Assembly: GCA_044224875.1 (NCBI GenBank)
Contig: JBGAJQ010000014.1
Location: forward strand, 1 to 64,000
DNA length: 64,000 bases
Direction of reading: 5' to 3'
Origin: Gemmatimonadaceae bacterium
Lineage (GTDB): Bacteria > Gemmatimonadota > Gemmatimonadetes > Gemmatimonadales > Gemmatimonadaceae
The position numbers and the translations under genes are program-made. Positions 29,349-40,327 of the stretch are shown here, one piece after another. The notes beneath the pieces are model-generated. The model made no database searches. It was not told the origin of the DNA and saw nothing but the letters and a program-made list of their open reading frames with translations. Each line of letters starts with the position of its first letter. The stretch's first letter is position 1.

Positions 29349-29900
29349 TCAGAACGAGAGGGACCCGCCGAGATGCCAACGACCAGCAGCATCAGGGAAG
29401 AGACTTATCTTCTTTGGGAGCGGGAGCGCGCGCCACTTCTCGGCACTCGCGCGCGAGCCGATATACGCGCCGATACCACCACCCACGACGGCACCGATCG
29501 CAGCGGTACCAAGCATTGAGTAGTCCTTCGAGCGGTCGCCAGGTCGGAAATTGGCCGAGTAATAGCCGAACGCGAGTGCTCCCGCGGCTGCACCGATCGC
29601 GCCGTACTTGATCACGTACGACCGATTGTGCCGTTGTTCGCCGATGGTCACCTCGAGCTTTGTGATCTGGTCCAGCGTCAACGACCAGATGCCACGGCCT
29701 TCAACGAACTTGAGCGTGTCAGCGGACGACTCGAGGTAGTTGGCAACGAGGGGCGCGACCAGGTTTGAGGCAGTGACGCGGACGCGCATTCCGGATACGA
29801 GGGGCAACTGGCTCTGGACAGGCGCTGGCTGGGTCGCTTGGGCACCGCTGACGGACGTGACGGTGAGGAGGCAAGCGCAAGCAAGAGCAATGGTTCGCAA
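29349..29900 (-). CDS. Exported hypothetical protein with glycine-zipper helices
   Basis: Signal peptide, GAIGAAAG / GAVVGGGIG, C-terminal Phe; start uncertain. Confidence 0.65.
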   Translation of the reverse strand: MRTIALACACLLTVTSVSGAQATQPAPVQSQLPLVSGMRVRVTASNLVAPLVANYLESSADTLKFVEGRGIWSLTLDQITKLEVTIGEQRHNRSYVIKYGAIGAAAGALAFGYYSANFRPGDRSKDYSMLGTAAIGAVVGGGIGAYIGSRASAEKWRALPLPKKISLFPDAAGRWHLGGSLSF

Positions 29901-30140
29901 AGGAAAGACTCCAATCGGGGACAAGGCGAGGTTAGGACAAGCGGGGTTCGGGGTCCGACCGAGCTCCAAGCAAAACCCGCGCCTGTATTACGACGGCCAA
30001 GACGTGGATCGGTAAAAATGACCCACTTGCCCCTAAGCGCGGCACCCCTCGTTGCGGGCGAATTCCGGATTGGCGAGAAGTGGCGAGGGTGCCTAGCTTC
30101 GGGTTGGAGCGCACTTCTGGACCCTCGACCGACCAAAAAA

Positions 30141-31469
30141 ATGACCGAAGCCACCAGCTTGGATGTCCGCGCTATCGCAAACGTTCCAGGGGGAGAGTCC
30201 TCCAGGCTTTCGAGCGTGGCTTTGAGCCTGAAGGGATCGGAGATCCTTCGAATTGCGGCTGAAATTCGGTCGATGGTGGCCGCTGGCGAGCCCGTGTGCA
30301 ACCTGACCGTTGGAGATTTCGACCCTCGCCAGTTTCGAATTCCGCAGATGTTGGAGGACGGGATTTCTGAGGCGCTTAGAAAGGGTGAGACCAACTATCC
30401 CCCGTCGACGGGACATCCCGCGTTGCGGGAGGCCATTCGAGACTACTTGGAGCGCGGGCTAGGCCTAGGGTACGATCTCGATTCCGTGCTCGTCACGTCT
30501 GGTTCCCGTCCCGGCGTCTACGGGACCTATAGGGCAATCGTGAGTCCCGGGGAGCGCGTGGTGTACCCGGTTCCCTCCTGGAACAACAACTACTACTGCG
30601 ACATGGTTGGAGCGGCCGGCGTTCCGGTGGAGACACTAGCCGACGAGTCCTTTCTTCCGACGCGAGCGCTGCTCGAACCGCATGTGCGCGACGCACGGAT
30701 GATCGCGCTGAATTCACCGCTCAATCCGTGCGGCACCGCGTTTACCGCTGAGGCCTTGGCTGCGATTTGCGACCTGATTCTCGAGGAAAACGCGAGACGG
30801 GGACCAAACGGCCGAGCGCTGTACCTCATGTATGATCAAGTGTATTGGCAGCTGACGTTCGGCAACACGATGCACGTTGATCCGGTGACGCTGCGACCGC
30901 AGATGGCGAAGTACACCGTGTACATCGATGGCATCTCGAAGGCGTTTGCGGCCACCGGTGTGCGTGTGGGTTGGGTCGTTGGCCCGACCGACATCATCAG
31001 TGCGATGAACAACTTCTTAGGGCACGTTGGAACGTGGGCACCGCGCGCCGAGCAGGTCGCGACTGCGCATTTGCTCTCGTCGGGCGACGTGGTAGGTGAG
31101 TTCACGCGGAGTCTCTGCGGCCAGGTTCAAGCGAGACTGGACGCGTTGTACGAGGCGGTGGCGACCCTTGCCGCGGAGGGACATCCGGTACGTGCGATAT
31201 CGCCGATGGGGGCCATCTACCTGAGCGCGCAGTTCAACATCGCGGGCAAGCGCGCGCGGGACGGGTCCATGTTGCAGACGGCAGACGACGTCCGACGATG
31301 GCTTCTCCGGGAAACAGGGTTGGGAGTGGTACCGTTCAATGCCTTCGGGTCTCGGGATCAGAAGGGGTCGGAATTTGGGTGGTTCCGACTCTCCGTCGGG
31401 GCGGTGTCGATGTCGGATATTGGAAAGGCGATACCGCGTTTGCGAAGCGGACTTGAGTCTTTGAGCTAA
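30141..31469 (+). CDS. PLP-dependent aminotransferase class I/II
   Basis: NSPLNPCG, YDQVY, GISKAFAATGVRVGW, FRLS. Confidence 0.92.
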   Translation: MTEATSLDVRAIANVPGGESSRLSSVALSLKGSEILRIAAEIRSMVAAGEPVCNLTVGDFDPRQFRIPQMLEDGISEALRKGETNYPPSTGHPALREAIRDYLERGLGLGYDLDSVLVTSGSRPGVYGTYRAIVSPGERVVYPVPSWNNNYYCDMVGAAGVPVETLADESFLPTRALLEPHVRDARMIALNSPLNPCGTAFTAEALAAICDLILEENARRGPNGRALYLMYDQVYWQLTFGNTMHVDPVTLRPQMAKYTVYIDGISKAFAATGVRVGWVVGPTDIISAMNNFLGHVGTWAPRAEQVATAHLLSSGDVVGEFTRSLCGQVQARLDALYEAVATLAAEGHPVRAISPMGAIYLSAQFNIAGKRARDGSMLQTADDVRRWLLRETGLGVVPFNAFGSRDQKGSEFGWFRLSVGAVSMSDIGKAIPRLRSGLESLS

Positions 31470-31636
31470 CCTCCAGTCGTGCTCGATGGTCACGTTCGAT
31501 GGCTGATGGAACGCAGGGTTTTCTATAACAGTAAGAAGCCTATAACAAGACAGCGAAGCGCCACTTGTGGAACGTGCGCATGTGAACATCTGTGGGCAAT
31601 AGAGCTGTTTGCCATCATTGGTCACGCTTTGGAGAT

Positions 31637-31688
31637 TTGACAGCGGGAGGCAGACATACTACCATATATCCGGATCAACGGATATATG
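31637..31688 (+). promoter_or_regulatory. Sigma70 promoter with overlapping palindromic operator of sahR-ahcY
   Basis: TTGACA-N17-TACCAT (31637-31665); CATATATCCG-N6-CGGATATATG (31663-31688). Confidence 0.85.
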
Positions 31689-32684
31689 ACTCAGGCCCCT
31701 GTTCTTGACCGTCTCACAGCCCTAGCCGACTTCACGCGGAGTCGCCTGCTCCGGGCGCTCGATGAGCACGAGCTGACGGTCGGGGAGCTGTGTACCGTGT
31801 TGCAGCTGCCACAGTCCACGGTGAGTCGGCACTTGAAGGTGCTTGGAGGCGATGGATGGCTCACCTCCCGCGCTGAGGGCACCAGCCGGTTCTACCGCCG
31901 CTCGTCGCAGCTGGACGACACGGCGCGGTCCCTGTGGGAGATCGTTAGGCAGGACGTCGATCGCCAACCGATTGTCCGCGAGGACGCCTCGCGCATCGAT
32001 ACGGTCCTCCGGGGACGGCGGGACGCCTCTCGCGAGTTCTTCTCGACGGCCGCGGCGCGATGGGATGCCTTGCGTCGGGAACTGTACGGGGATGCGTTGG
32101 AGCAATCGGCACTGCTCGGTCTCCTGGATTCCGCGTGGGTGATCGGTGATCTGGGCTGCGGAACCGGGTCCCTTGCCGCCGTGGTGGCTCCGCACGTCGC
32201 GCGCGTGTTGGCGGTTGACGGATCTGATCGAATGCTGGAGGCCGCGCGCCGCCGCTTGCAGCCGCATGCGAACGTTGAAGTGCATGCTGGAGAATTGGAG
32301 GCGTTACCCATTCCATCCGAGACTCTGGACGTAGGGTTCCTCACGTTGGTACTGCACAACGTCGCGGAACCTGTCCGAGCGTTGCGCGAAGTATCGCGGT
32401 CGCTGAAGGAAAGGGGGCGGATCGTAGTGGTTGACATGCTTCCGCACAGCCGAGAGGAGTATCGCCTCGAGATGGGGCACGTGTGGCAGGGGTTCTCGCC
32501 CGACGAACTCGCCGGGTGGCTGCGTGAGGCGGGTTTTGCTCAACTGCGGGTGATACCACTGGCCGTCACTGAAGGCGCGCGAGGCCCGGCGCTCTTCATG
32601 GCGACTGGAGTGAAGGATTCCCATACAGTGCCGCCAGACGGGGCGCATTCGCAACAATCGTCTCTTACAAGGATCGCATCATGA
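31686..32684 (+). CDS. ArsR HTH + SAM-binding methyltransferase-domain regulator (SahR-like)
   Basis: [25 protein letters not shown]; overlaps ahcY start. Confidence 0.9.
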   Translation: MTQAPVLDRLTALADFTRSRLLRALDEHELTVGELCTVLQLPQSTVSRHLKVLGGDGWLTSRAEGTSRFYRRSSQLDDTARSLWEIVRQDVDRQPIVREDASRIDTVLRGRRDASREFFSTAAARWDALRRELYGDALEQSALLGLLDSAWVIGDLGCGTGSLAAVVAPHVARVLAVDGSDRMLEAARRRLQPHANVEVHAGELEALPIPSETLDVGFLTLVLHNVAEPVRALREVSRSLKERGRIVVVDMLPHSREEYRLEMGHVWQGFSPDELAGWLREAGFAQLRVIPLAVTEGARGPALFMATGVKDSHTVPPDGAHSQQSSLTRIAS

Positions 32685-34165
32685 CTTCGACCGTTCAGCC
32701 AGGGGTCGCGCCGGGGTCGGCGCTGGACCGTCCGGCGTTCAAAGTGCGCGACCTCTCTCTTGCGGAATGGGGCCGAAAGGAAATTCGGCTGGCAGAACAG
32801 GAGATGCCGGGGCTGATGGCACTGCGCGCCGAATTCAAGGGTGCGCGACCACTCGCTGGCGCGCGCATCATGGGTTCGCTGCACATGACCGTTCAGACGG
32901 CCGTGTTGATCGAAACGCTCGTTGCGCTCGGCGCCGATGTGCGTTGGGTGTCGTGCAACATCTTCTCGACGCAGGACCATGCCGCGGCAGCCGTCGCGGT
33001 TGGGCCTGACGGTAGTGTCGAGCACCCGCGTGGTACCGCTGTGTTTGCGTGGAAGGGTGAGACACTCGACGAGTATTGGTGGTGCACGGAGCAGGCGCTG
33101 ATGTGGCCGGATGGTGGGGGCCCCACGCTGCTGTTGGATGACGGTGGTGATGCTACGCTTCTGGTGCACAAGGGTGCGGAGTACGAAACGGCTGGCCGCA
33201 TTCCGGCGTTTGATGCTGCGAATGATCCAGAAGAGTGGGGGGTGATCCTGGAACTCCTTCGGGCCGAAGCGACACGGCATCCGGGACGCTGGACGAACGT
33301 GGCGGCGGGAATTCGCGGCGTGTCCGAGGAAACGACGACGGGAGTGCATCGCCTATACGAAATGATGCGGAACGGGACGCTGTTGTTTCCGGCCATCAAC
33401 GTCAACGACTCGGTGACGAAGTCGAAGTTCGACAACATCTACGGTTGCCGACACTCGGTGATTGATGGCCTGAACCGCGCCACTGACGTCATGTTGAGCG
33501 GCAAGATTGCCGTGGTCTGCGGCTTCGGCGAGGTCGGGAAGGGTTGTGCGCAGGCGCTTCGCGGCCAGGGCGCGCGAGTAGTGGTGACCGAAATTGACCC
33601 GATCTGCGCGCTTCAGGCGGCGATGGAGGGGTTTGAGGTGACGACCGTGGAGGCGGTGATCGAACGGGCGGATGTCTTCATCACGGCTACAGGCAACAAG
33701 AACGTCATCACCGTCGAGCACATGGCGCGCATGAAGGACAAGGCGATCGTGGGCAACATTGGCCATTTCGACAACGAGATCGACATGGCTGGACTGAAGC
33801 GGGTGGCAGGCCTGCAGCGCATCAACATCAAGCCGCAATACGACGAGTTCCGTTTTCCCGATGGACACAGCGTGCTGATCTTGGCCGAGGGGCGGCTGCT
33901 AAACCTTGGGTGTGCAACGGGTCACCCGAGTTTCGTCATGTCCGCATCATTCACCAATCAGGTCCTCGCCCAGCTGGAACTCCACCAACGAGCGACCGCG
34001 TACGAGAAAAAGGTCTATACCTTGCCAAAACATCTCGACGAGAAAGTCGCACGGTTGCACCTGCAGAAGTTAGGTGTGCAGCTGACGGAGTTGACGATCG
34101 AGCAAGCGTCCTACCTCGGGGTCAAGCACGAGGGTCCGTACAAGCCGGAGCACTACCGATACTAG
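32681..34165 (+). CDS. ahcY: Adenosylhomocysteinase
   Basis: [48 protein letters not shown]. Confidence 0.99.
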   Translation: MTSTVQPGVAPGSALDRPAFKVRDLSLAEWGRKEIRLAEQEMPGLMALRAEFKGARPLAGARIMGSLHMTVQTAVLIETLVALGADVRWVSCNIFSTQDHAAAAVAVGPDGSVEHPRGTAVFAWKGETLDEYWWCTEQALMWPDGGGPTLLLDDGGDATLLVHKGAEYETAGRIPAFDAANDPEEWGVILELLRAEATRHPGRWTNVAAGIRGVSEETTTGVHRLYEMMRNGTLLFPAINVNDSVTKSKFDNIYGCRHSVIDGLNRATDVMLSGKIAVVCGFGEVGKGCAQALRGQGARVVVTEIDPICALQAAMEGFEVTTVEAVIERADVFITATGNKNVITVEHMARMKDKAIVGNIGHFDNEIDMAGLKRVAGLQRINIKPQYDEFRFPDGHSVLILAEGRLLNLGCATGHPSFVMSASFTNQVLAQLELHQRATAYEKKVYTLPKHLDEKVARLHLQKLGVQLTELTIEQASYLGVKHEGPYKPEHYRY

Positions 34166-34175
34166 GATAGGCGCG

Positions 34176-34210
34176 GCGAGCGGGGGGGATGTGCGCGACG
34201 CCCCGCTCGC
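34176..34210. terminator. Hairpin between convergent genes
   Basis: GCGAGCGGGG...CCCCGCTCGC, no clear U-tract. Confidence 0.5.
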
Positions 34211-34759
34211 TCAGTTGTCCGTCGCGACCTTGCCTTCCGCCCTGCGAATGGCGCGCAACGCGCTATGTAAGCGCTCAACGCCGACACCGGATATCAACGC
34301 CGCAGGCGCGCCAAACTCGTGCAGGGCGTGAAGGAACTGCTGGTGTACGGTGGCGCGCGAATGGGGTTGATCGCGGACGCCGTCGGCGATCCAGGGGATA
34401 TCCCTGTAGTCACACAACAGATAGAGCGACGCCAGTCGGTCGCGGGCGCGTCCGACGATTGACGCCGGGCACGAGCCGTAATAGTGCCTCGCGTATACCA
34501 CGGTGCTGACGAGGTCCGTGTCGAGGACGGTGAGGCGCGGCTCGGACCGGGCCGCGGCATCCTCCATGGCAACCTGACCCTCGGCGATAGGCTCGACGTC
34601 CGCCGCCGTCAGCGGATGGCCGATGGACTCGGCGTAGGCACGCGCGTACTCGGGAAGCCACAGCGCCCCGAGTTCCTCTGCCAGCTGGCGAGAGAGTGTC
34701 GTCTTGCCCGTACATTCGGAACCGGTGACGACGATTCGCGACAGCGTTGGCGTGTTCAC
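34211..34759 (-). CDS. NadR-type ribosylnicotinamide kinase domain protein
   Basis: GSECTGKTTL, PEYAR, DTD, WIADGVR; downstream of pnuC. Confidence 0.88.
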   Translation of the reverse strand: MNTPTLSRIVVTGSECTGKTTLSRQLAEELGALWLPEYARAYAESIGHPLTAADVEPIAEGQVAMEDAAARSEPRLTVLDTDLVSTVVYARHYYGSCPASIVGRARDRLASLYLLCDYRDIPWIADGVRDQPHSRATVHQQFLHALHEFGAPAALISGVGVERLHSALRAIRRAEGKVATDN

Positions 34760-34773
34760 CGAAACGAATGGAT

Positions 34774-35379
34774 TCAGGGGACGACCACCTGTGGAGCGGC
34801 GAGGCCCACGGCTTTAGACCGCTCCCGGAGCGACCGCAACCACTGGACGTGTCCCGTTACCGCGAGGCCGAGAAACACGAGGTATTGAAAGGCCGTCAGG
34901 TACAAATGCTTGAGGAAGACAAACATCACGACATAGACGACGTCCATGAGTATCCAGAGCATCCAGTTCTCGAGGATCTTCCGCGTCATCATCCACTGCG
35001 CGATGAGGGAAAATACCGACAAGGTTGCGTCGAGCCATGGCAACGCCGCGTCGGTGGCGCGCTGGAGGAAAGCACCTAGTGTCAGTGACCCAGTGACACC
35101 GATGGCGAGGAGGGGCAGCAAGAGACGACGTGGGACTCGCGAAACAAGCAACTCAGTGCGGTTCTCACCGCCGAAGAGCCATTCGTACCAGCCGTAGATC
35201 GAAAGGAGCAAGTAGATGACTTGCAGCCCCATGTCCGCGTACAGCTTTTCGCGCGCGAAGAGCACGGCGTATAGACCAACGTTGATGATTGCCGTCGGCC
35301 AGCTCCAGATGTTCTCGCGGGCCGACAGGAATACGCTGACGAGGCCGAAGGCGACGGCGCACACTTCCAGAGGGCTCAA
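34774..35379 (-). CDS. pnuC: Nicotinamide riboside transporter PnuC
   Basis: LYAD, YGWYEW, WLDA, RKILENW. Confidence 0.92.
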   Translation of the reverse strand: MSPLEVCAVAFGLVSVFLSARENIWSWPTAIINVGLYAVLFAREKLYADMGLQVIYLLLSIYGWYEWLFGGENRTELLVSRVPRRLLLPLLAIGVTGSLTLGAFLQRATDAALPWLDATLSVFSLIAQWMMTRKILENWMLWILMDVVYVVMFVFLKHLYLTAFQYLVFLGLAVTGHVQWLRSLRERSKAVGLAAPQVVVP

Positions 35380-35433
35380 GGCGCGAAGGGCATGGGTGAA
35401 TGCGACATTCCCCCGCGAGCAGTCGGTGTGACT

Positions 35434-36558
35434 CTACCGGGGGCGAATTCTTATGATTCGGTCGTCGCTAGGCTGTGGAGAGCCGCGGCCGTCGCGATTG
35501 CTTGTGGCAATGTACACAAGCCCATCCGGGGCGACGAGGACGGCACGCAGGCGGCCGAAATCGCCGGTGAAGAGGGATTCGGACGCCGTGATGGTGCGCC
35601 CATCGGCTGCGAAGCCAAGGCGATGTAGAGAATTGCCCTTGAGTGTGGTGAAAAGGAGTGAGCCTTTCCACCCGGGAATTCTCGTGTGGTCGTAGTAGGC
35701 CGCTCCCGAGGGGGCTATCGTCGGAGTCCAGGATCGGACAGGCTCAACCACCTGATTGGCGGCGCAGAACGCCGATTCTCCGCTCCCGATGTCGTTGTCA
35801 CACATGCCGTGTACTGTTGGCCAACCGTAATTCCGACCAGGGAGCAGGATGTTGACCTCGTCATTGTCTGACGGTCCATGCTCCGTCTCGTACAAACTTC
35901 CGGATGGGGCGAAGGCCAGCCCTTGGGGATTGCGGTGACCCCAGGAGAACACTGGTGAACCAGCTGCGTATCCCGCGTTCGCGCCCTCAAGCGTTAGGCG
36001 CAGAATCTTTCCGGCGCGGGAAGCAACATTTTGAGCGAGTTCCCCAGTCGATGCGTCACCGGTGGTGACGTACAGCAATCGGTCTGGACCCACTACCAAC
36101 CGCGAACCGTTGTGCACTGAAGACCCAGGGATGTCATCGAGGAGCACCTCGGGGGCGCCGAGCGCTCCGCCAGTCACCCGGGCTCTCACCACACGGTTAC
36201 GCGTGCCGGCGGGCGAGCTGTAGGTGGTGGCGAGGTACACCCATGGTTGTGTGGGGAAATCCGGATGCAGCGCCATGCCCATTAGTCCACCTTCGCCGAT
36301 CTCCGCGACCGTGAGGTGCCCGATCGATGTCACCACGCCAGACGCAGGATCCAGACGCGATACGTCGCCACCACGCTGGGTGAACCAAATCGAACCATCC
36401 GGTGCCCAGACCATATCCCAGATGGTATCGAAGCCGCCGGCGACTGTTTCGGTGACGAGCTCCGTGCCGTTAGGCGTCCCTGCTGCGGGCTGAGAGGGAC
36501 CATCGCATCCGGCTAGAGCAGCGATTCCAAGGGCGAGAAGCCGGGTAGTGAAACGCAC
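35434..36558 (-). CDS. PQQ-dependent sugar dehydrogenase (GSDH family) lipoprotein
   Basis: Lipobox LAGC, EGGLMG, HNGSRL, GHRNPQG, NYGWP, GRLR. Confidence 0.9.
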   Translation of the reverse strand: MRFTTRLLALGIAALAGCDGPSQPAAGTPNGTELVTETVAGGFDTIWDMVWAPDGSIWFTQRGGDVSRLDPASGVVTSIGHLTVAEIGEGGLMGMALHPDFPTQPWVYLATTYSSPAGTRNRVVRARVTGGALGAPEVLLDDIPGSSVHNGSRLVVGPDRLLYVTTGDASTGELAQNVASRAGKILRLTLEGANAGYAAGSPVFSWGHRNPQGLAFAPSGSLYETEHGPSDNDEVNILLPGRNYGWPTVHGMCDNDIGSGESAFCAANQVVEPVRSWTPTIAPSGAAYYDHTRIPGWKGSLLFTTLKGNSLHRLGFAADGRTITASESLFTGDFGRLRAVLVAPDGLVYIATSNRDGRGSPQPSDDRIIRIRPR

Positions 36559-36718
36559 CGAAGTTTGAGTGAAGGGGGCTTGGCGGAACGTAGCGTGCGC
36601 AGTCCGGTACACCGTAGCGCGACCAAGCGATCATATTTGTCCGAAGCGCGTGCGACTGTGACCGTTGGCACGACACCTGAGAGCAAGAAGCCGAACTTCC
36701 CTGCAGCGCTCCATAGCC

Positions 36719-38593
36719 ATGGGTGAGCCAAGAATGCTTTCGGCGGGACCGCCTGGACGGATCGGGCGGTTTGGCCTGTTGTTTGGCGCGGCCCTTGGAC
36801 TTCACGGATGCGGCCTGTCGTCGTCGCGGACGAGCCAAGCGCCTTCGCCCGCCGAATCGATCCTCGCGACGGCTGCGCTGTCCGATGTGGTGGAGAACTT
36901 CGTGGCACACGAACGCGCCGAACAATTCAGCCTTCGAATACGTGTCGGCGTTCTGCTGGACACAATTCCTGCCCTTACGCGGCGTGGGGCGCGCGACGAA
37001 GCGCGGTTTGCCAGAGCGGCGGTTCGACGGATCGACGGCATTGCCGTCGAGGCGCTGTCGGAGGAGAACTACCTCACCTTGCTGGCGATGCGGTACGCTC
37101 TCGAAAGCAGGTCTGAGCAGGCCATCTACTATGCGAACGACCTGACGCTCTTCTCTCCGGGCTCACCCTTGGCCGACCTGACGCGGCTCATGTCGGAGTA
37201 TTCGTTTGCCGACAGTTCGGACATGACGCGGTACGTCGCCTTGGTGTCGGCGCTTGGACCGGTGGCGGACTCGCTGAGGGCCGACCTGGCTGCGCGGGCA
37301 TCGACCGGGATCGTGCTGTCGCGTCCCGCGATTAACCGGGCGGTCTCATTCTTCTCGATGTTCGAGGTGGCGAGTGCGGCGCACGTGCTCCATGTCAACT
37401 CGCAGCGCGTGGCGCATTTGGACACGAGGGCGTCGGGACGTTTCGTCACCACGGTGGATTCCATTCTCTCGTCGACCGTGGCGCCATCGTTTCGACGCCT
37501 AACGACATATCTCCAGGGTGCCTATGGCGCGAAGGCGCCTTCGGGGCTGGGGTTGTGGCAGTATGTTGGCGGGAAGGCGTACTATGGCACGCTCGTTCGT
37601 CGCTGGACCACCATGGACATCACGCCGGAGCAAGCCCACGACGGCAGTCTTCGCGAAGTGGCGCGCTTGGACAGTGCGTTGTTGGAGCTTCGCAAAAAGA
37701 TGGGTGGGCCAATCCTCGCGGATTCGTTCCATGCCGTGCTCCGGCGGGACGCAAGCCACACGGCCACCGACGAGGATGCAGTGGTCGACCGAATCCTGGT
37801 TGCGCAGGGGAGTGTGCCGACGGACCTGGACAGCATCATGCCGCCGGTGCGTGTGTGGCCCGTGGTCGTGCACGGGGGAGGGCTCGTTGCGCCTGGCGAT
37901 CGGATCTTCGGCCTATACCGTCCTCCCACCGCCAGCGATTCGGTCGGGCGGTACGCCCTGGGCCGTGCGCTCACCTCGGCCGGCATGCTGGTTGTTGCTG
38001 ACGGTCTGAGCTTTTTTGCGTTGATACCGGGGTGGCACCAGCTGCTTGGCCGGCTACTGGTTCCTGGAATGGACGTGGCACGCTACTACACGGAGGTGCC
38101 GGCGTTCACCGATGGCTGGGCGTTCACGGCACTCGACATGGCACGCGAACGTGGCGCGCTTCCCAACCTCTACTCGCAGTACGGCGCCCTGATGATGGAG
38201 CAGATCGCCTGCGTACGCTCGGTGGTCGACGGCGGCATACACTATTTCGGCTGGACGGAGCAGCAGGCACGGATGTTCTATGCCACGCACACGATGCTCG
38301 AGCCAGAAGAGATAGCCAACGAGATCCTCAGGCTGGCGGTCGATGCGCCGGGTGCTGGTTTGGCGTCGTGCACGGGGATTCGGGAAATGCGAGGCGTGCG
38401 ACGCTGGATGCAACGGGAGCTGAAGGGTGACTTTGATGCGCGACGCTTTTACGGCGAGGTGAGCTCACTGGGCCCGATCCCGCTTCAGGCGCTTGGGCGG
38501 CACTTCGAGTGGTGGTTGTACCAGGAGCGAATGCGACTGCGAGCGAAGTCGGTTCCCGCGAAGCCCAAGGGGAGTCCGTCTCAGTTCCACTGA
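36719..38593 (+). CDS. DUF885 family lipoprotein (divergent motif region)
   Basis: Lipobox LHGC, GKAYY..WTT, RSVVDGGIH..GW, FDARRF. Confidence 0.8.
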   Translation: MGEPRMLSAGPPGRIGRFGLLFGAALGLHGCGLSSSRTSQAPSPAESILATAALSDVVENFVAHERAEQFSLRIRVGVLLDTIPALTRRGARDEARFARAAVRRIDGIAVEALSEENYLTLLAMRYALESRSEQAIYYANDLTLFSPGSPLADLTRLMSEYSFADSSDMTRYVALVSALGPVADSLRADLAARASTGIVLSRPAINRAVSFFSMFEVASAAHVLHVNSQRVAHLDTRASGRFVTTVDSILSSTVAPSFRRLTTYLQGAYGAKAPSGLGLWQYVGGKAYYGTLVRRWTTMDITPEQAHDGSLREVARLDSALLELRKKMGGPILADSFHAVLRRDASHTATDEDAVVDRILVAQGSVPTDLDSIMPPVRVWPVVVHGGGLVAPGDRIFGLYRPPTASDSVGRYALGRALTSAGMLVVADGLSFFALIPGWHQLLGRLLVPGMDVARYYTEVPAFTDGWAFTALDMARERGALPNLYSQYGALMMEQIACVRSVVDGGIHYFGWTEQQARMFYATHTMLEPEEIANEILRLAVDAPGAGLASCTGIREMRGVRRWMQRELKGDFDARRFYGEVSSLGPIPLQALGRHFEWWLYQERMRLRAKSVPAKPKGSPSQFH

Positions 38594-40320
38594 GCGTCCA
38601 CCGCGCCGACGTCGCGCAGGGTGCGGATGACGGCGTCTACGTCTTCGTGTGCGCCGATGACGATGAGATCGTCCGGAAGCGCCAGGGCTGCCACCTGACG
38701 TACGGCAGCCAGCTCATCGGGTGCACGAATGATCCGCTGCCCGTCGAAGCCTAACGCGGTCAATTCTGTTGTTAGGATGTCCGTGATCTCGCCCAGCACC
38801 CGTCCGCGGAGGTACTTTGGCATCTCCTTGAGTACCACGATGTCCGGACCGAATGCCGCCACGGCGACGGCGAGTTCGTGCAGCGCGTCGTTACCACGAT
38901 CACCGGCCTGACCGAGTACCACGAGGCGTCTACCATTGACGCCGGCAAACCCCTCGCGCATAGCGCGCCAGCCGTCCGCGTTGTGCACGAAGTCCACCAC
39001 CACGCGGGCGTCGTTGAGTGACAAGCGCACTAACCGACCCGGATTATGGCTCGGAAGCGCACCAAACGTGGCGAGTACATCGCGCACGCTGGTGACATCG
39101 ATACCTAACGACAGCGCCGCACCAGTGGCGGCCAGCACATTTGCCGCATTGTAGCGGAGCTGCCCACCCAGTGTGAGTGGCATGTGGGCCAACTGACCAA
39201 AATCGTACCGGTCGCCCTTGAACCGACCGATGACGTGCTCGTCCTCCAGCCACACTATATCCTGGCTTGAGGAAAGCAAGGTGCGAGCGTTGCTCCGATC
39301 CAGGTCGACGGAGAACCAGAGGACCGGCGCTTCCACCTGCGCCGCAAGTCGTCGAAGAACCGCGTCGTCGGCGTTGAGGATGACATGGCCGGTCGAAGGA
39401 ACGGCGCGTGCGACGACGAGCTTCGCGGCACCAAGGTCCTCTAGATCGTCCACGCCATATTCGCCCAGGTGGTCACCGCTGATGTTGGTGACGACGGCTA
39501 CGTCTGCCCGATCGGCGGCGAGTCCCCGACGGAGAATGCCGCCGCGGGCCGTCTCGAGCACTGATGCGTTCACTCGGCGGTCGTGCAGGATGGTGCGTGC
39601 ACCAGCGGGCCCCGCGTAGTCTCCGTGCGCGATGCACTCGCCGTTCACCCAGAGGCCGTCGGTGCAGCTCCACCCCGTCGTACGGCCGGAGGACTGCAGC
39701 ATGGCGGCCAGCAACCGGGTCGTGGTGGTCTTTCCATTGGAGCCGGTGACGAGAGCGACCGGTATGTCGTGCAGGCTTGTCCACGGCACACGTTCGACGT
39801 CCGGGAGCGCTGCCAACGACCAGGTGCAACTCCCGCTTCCGGTCCCGATCGACAGCGCCTCATCATCGCTGGTGACGGAGAGGCCGTTGGTGCGCGCCGC
39901 CTGCACAAGTGCCATCAGTGCCGGCCGGCGGTCGTGCTGTTGGAAGACGCGCAGTCGCGCGGTGAGGTCCTCGAGGTCGGTCGATCGCCCGTCGGCCAAG
40001 GCCTCGGCCGCGATCCACACCTGTTCATTTACCTCGGTGGCGGCGAGCAGGCCATCCAGTGGCGCAGACAGGAAGAGTCCGACGAAGGTCCTCGCGGAGT
40101 TGTACCTGACGGTAAGGGTCTCGTGTTCCCAGCCGATGCGCGGGAGGACCTCCCGCATGAGGACGAGCCAGCGGTCAGGAAGGCCGGAGATCTCAGGACG
40201 GAGCGCGATTTCCAAGACGGCGCCCGGTCGGTGGCAATACAGATTGGCCCCTGTGAGCCGTCGCGAACCGACGATCGAGGGAGACGGGTAAGGCGATGGC
40301 CCTTCTGTGGGACTGCTCAT
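38581..40320 (-). CDS. Cyanophycin synthetase paralogue: N-like domain + Mur-ligase domain, no ATP-grasp
   Basis: SRRLTGANLY; IPVALVTGSNGKTTT, ETARGGILRRGL, DHLG, LNADD, PGR, DFVHN, AGDR, LRGR. Confidence 0.88.
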   Translation of the reverse strand: MSSPTEGPSPYPSPSIVGSRRLTGANLYCHRPGAVLEIALRPEISGLPDRWLVLMREVLPRIGWEHETLTVRYNSARTFVGLFLSAPLDGLLAATEVNEQVWIAAEALADGRSTDLEDLTARLRVFQQHDRRPALMALVQAARTNGLSVTSDDEALSIGTGSGSCTWSLAALPDVERVPWTSLHDIPVALVTGSNGKTTTTRLLAAMLQSSGRTTGWSCTDGLWVNGECIAHGDYAGPAGARTILHDRRVNASVLETARGGILRRGLAADRADVAVVTNISGDHLGEYGVDDLEDLGAAKLVVARAVPSTGHVILNADDAVLRRLAAQVEAPVLWFSVDLDRSNARTLLSSSQDIVWLEDEHVIGRFKGDRYDFGQLAHMPLTLGGQLRYNAANVLAATGAALSLGIDVTSVRDVLATFGALPSHNPGRLVRLSLNDARVVVDFVHNADGWRAMREGFAGVNGRRLVVLGQAGDRGNDALHELAVAVAAFGPDIVVLKEMPKYLRGRVLGEITDILTTELTALGFDGQRIIRAPDELAAVRQVAALALPDDLIVIGAHEDVDAVIRTLRDVGAVDAQWN

Positions 40321-40327
40321 CGGTCGT

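Noticed and set aside
31470..31686. SAH/SAM riboswitch ahead of sahR-ahcY; CTATAACA repeat at 31523 and 31540
   Set aside because: Predicted leader is only about 14 nt; the two-copy 8-mer is too weak to call
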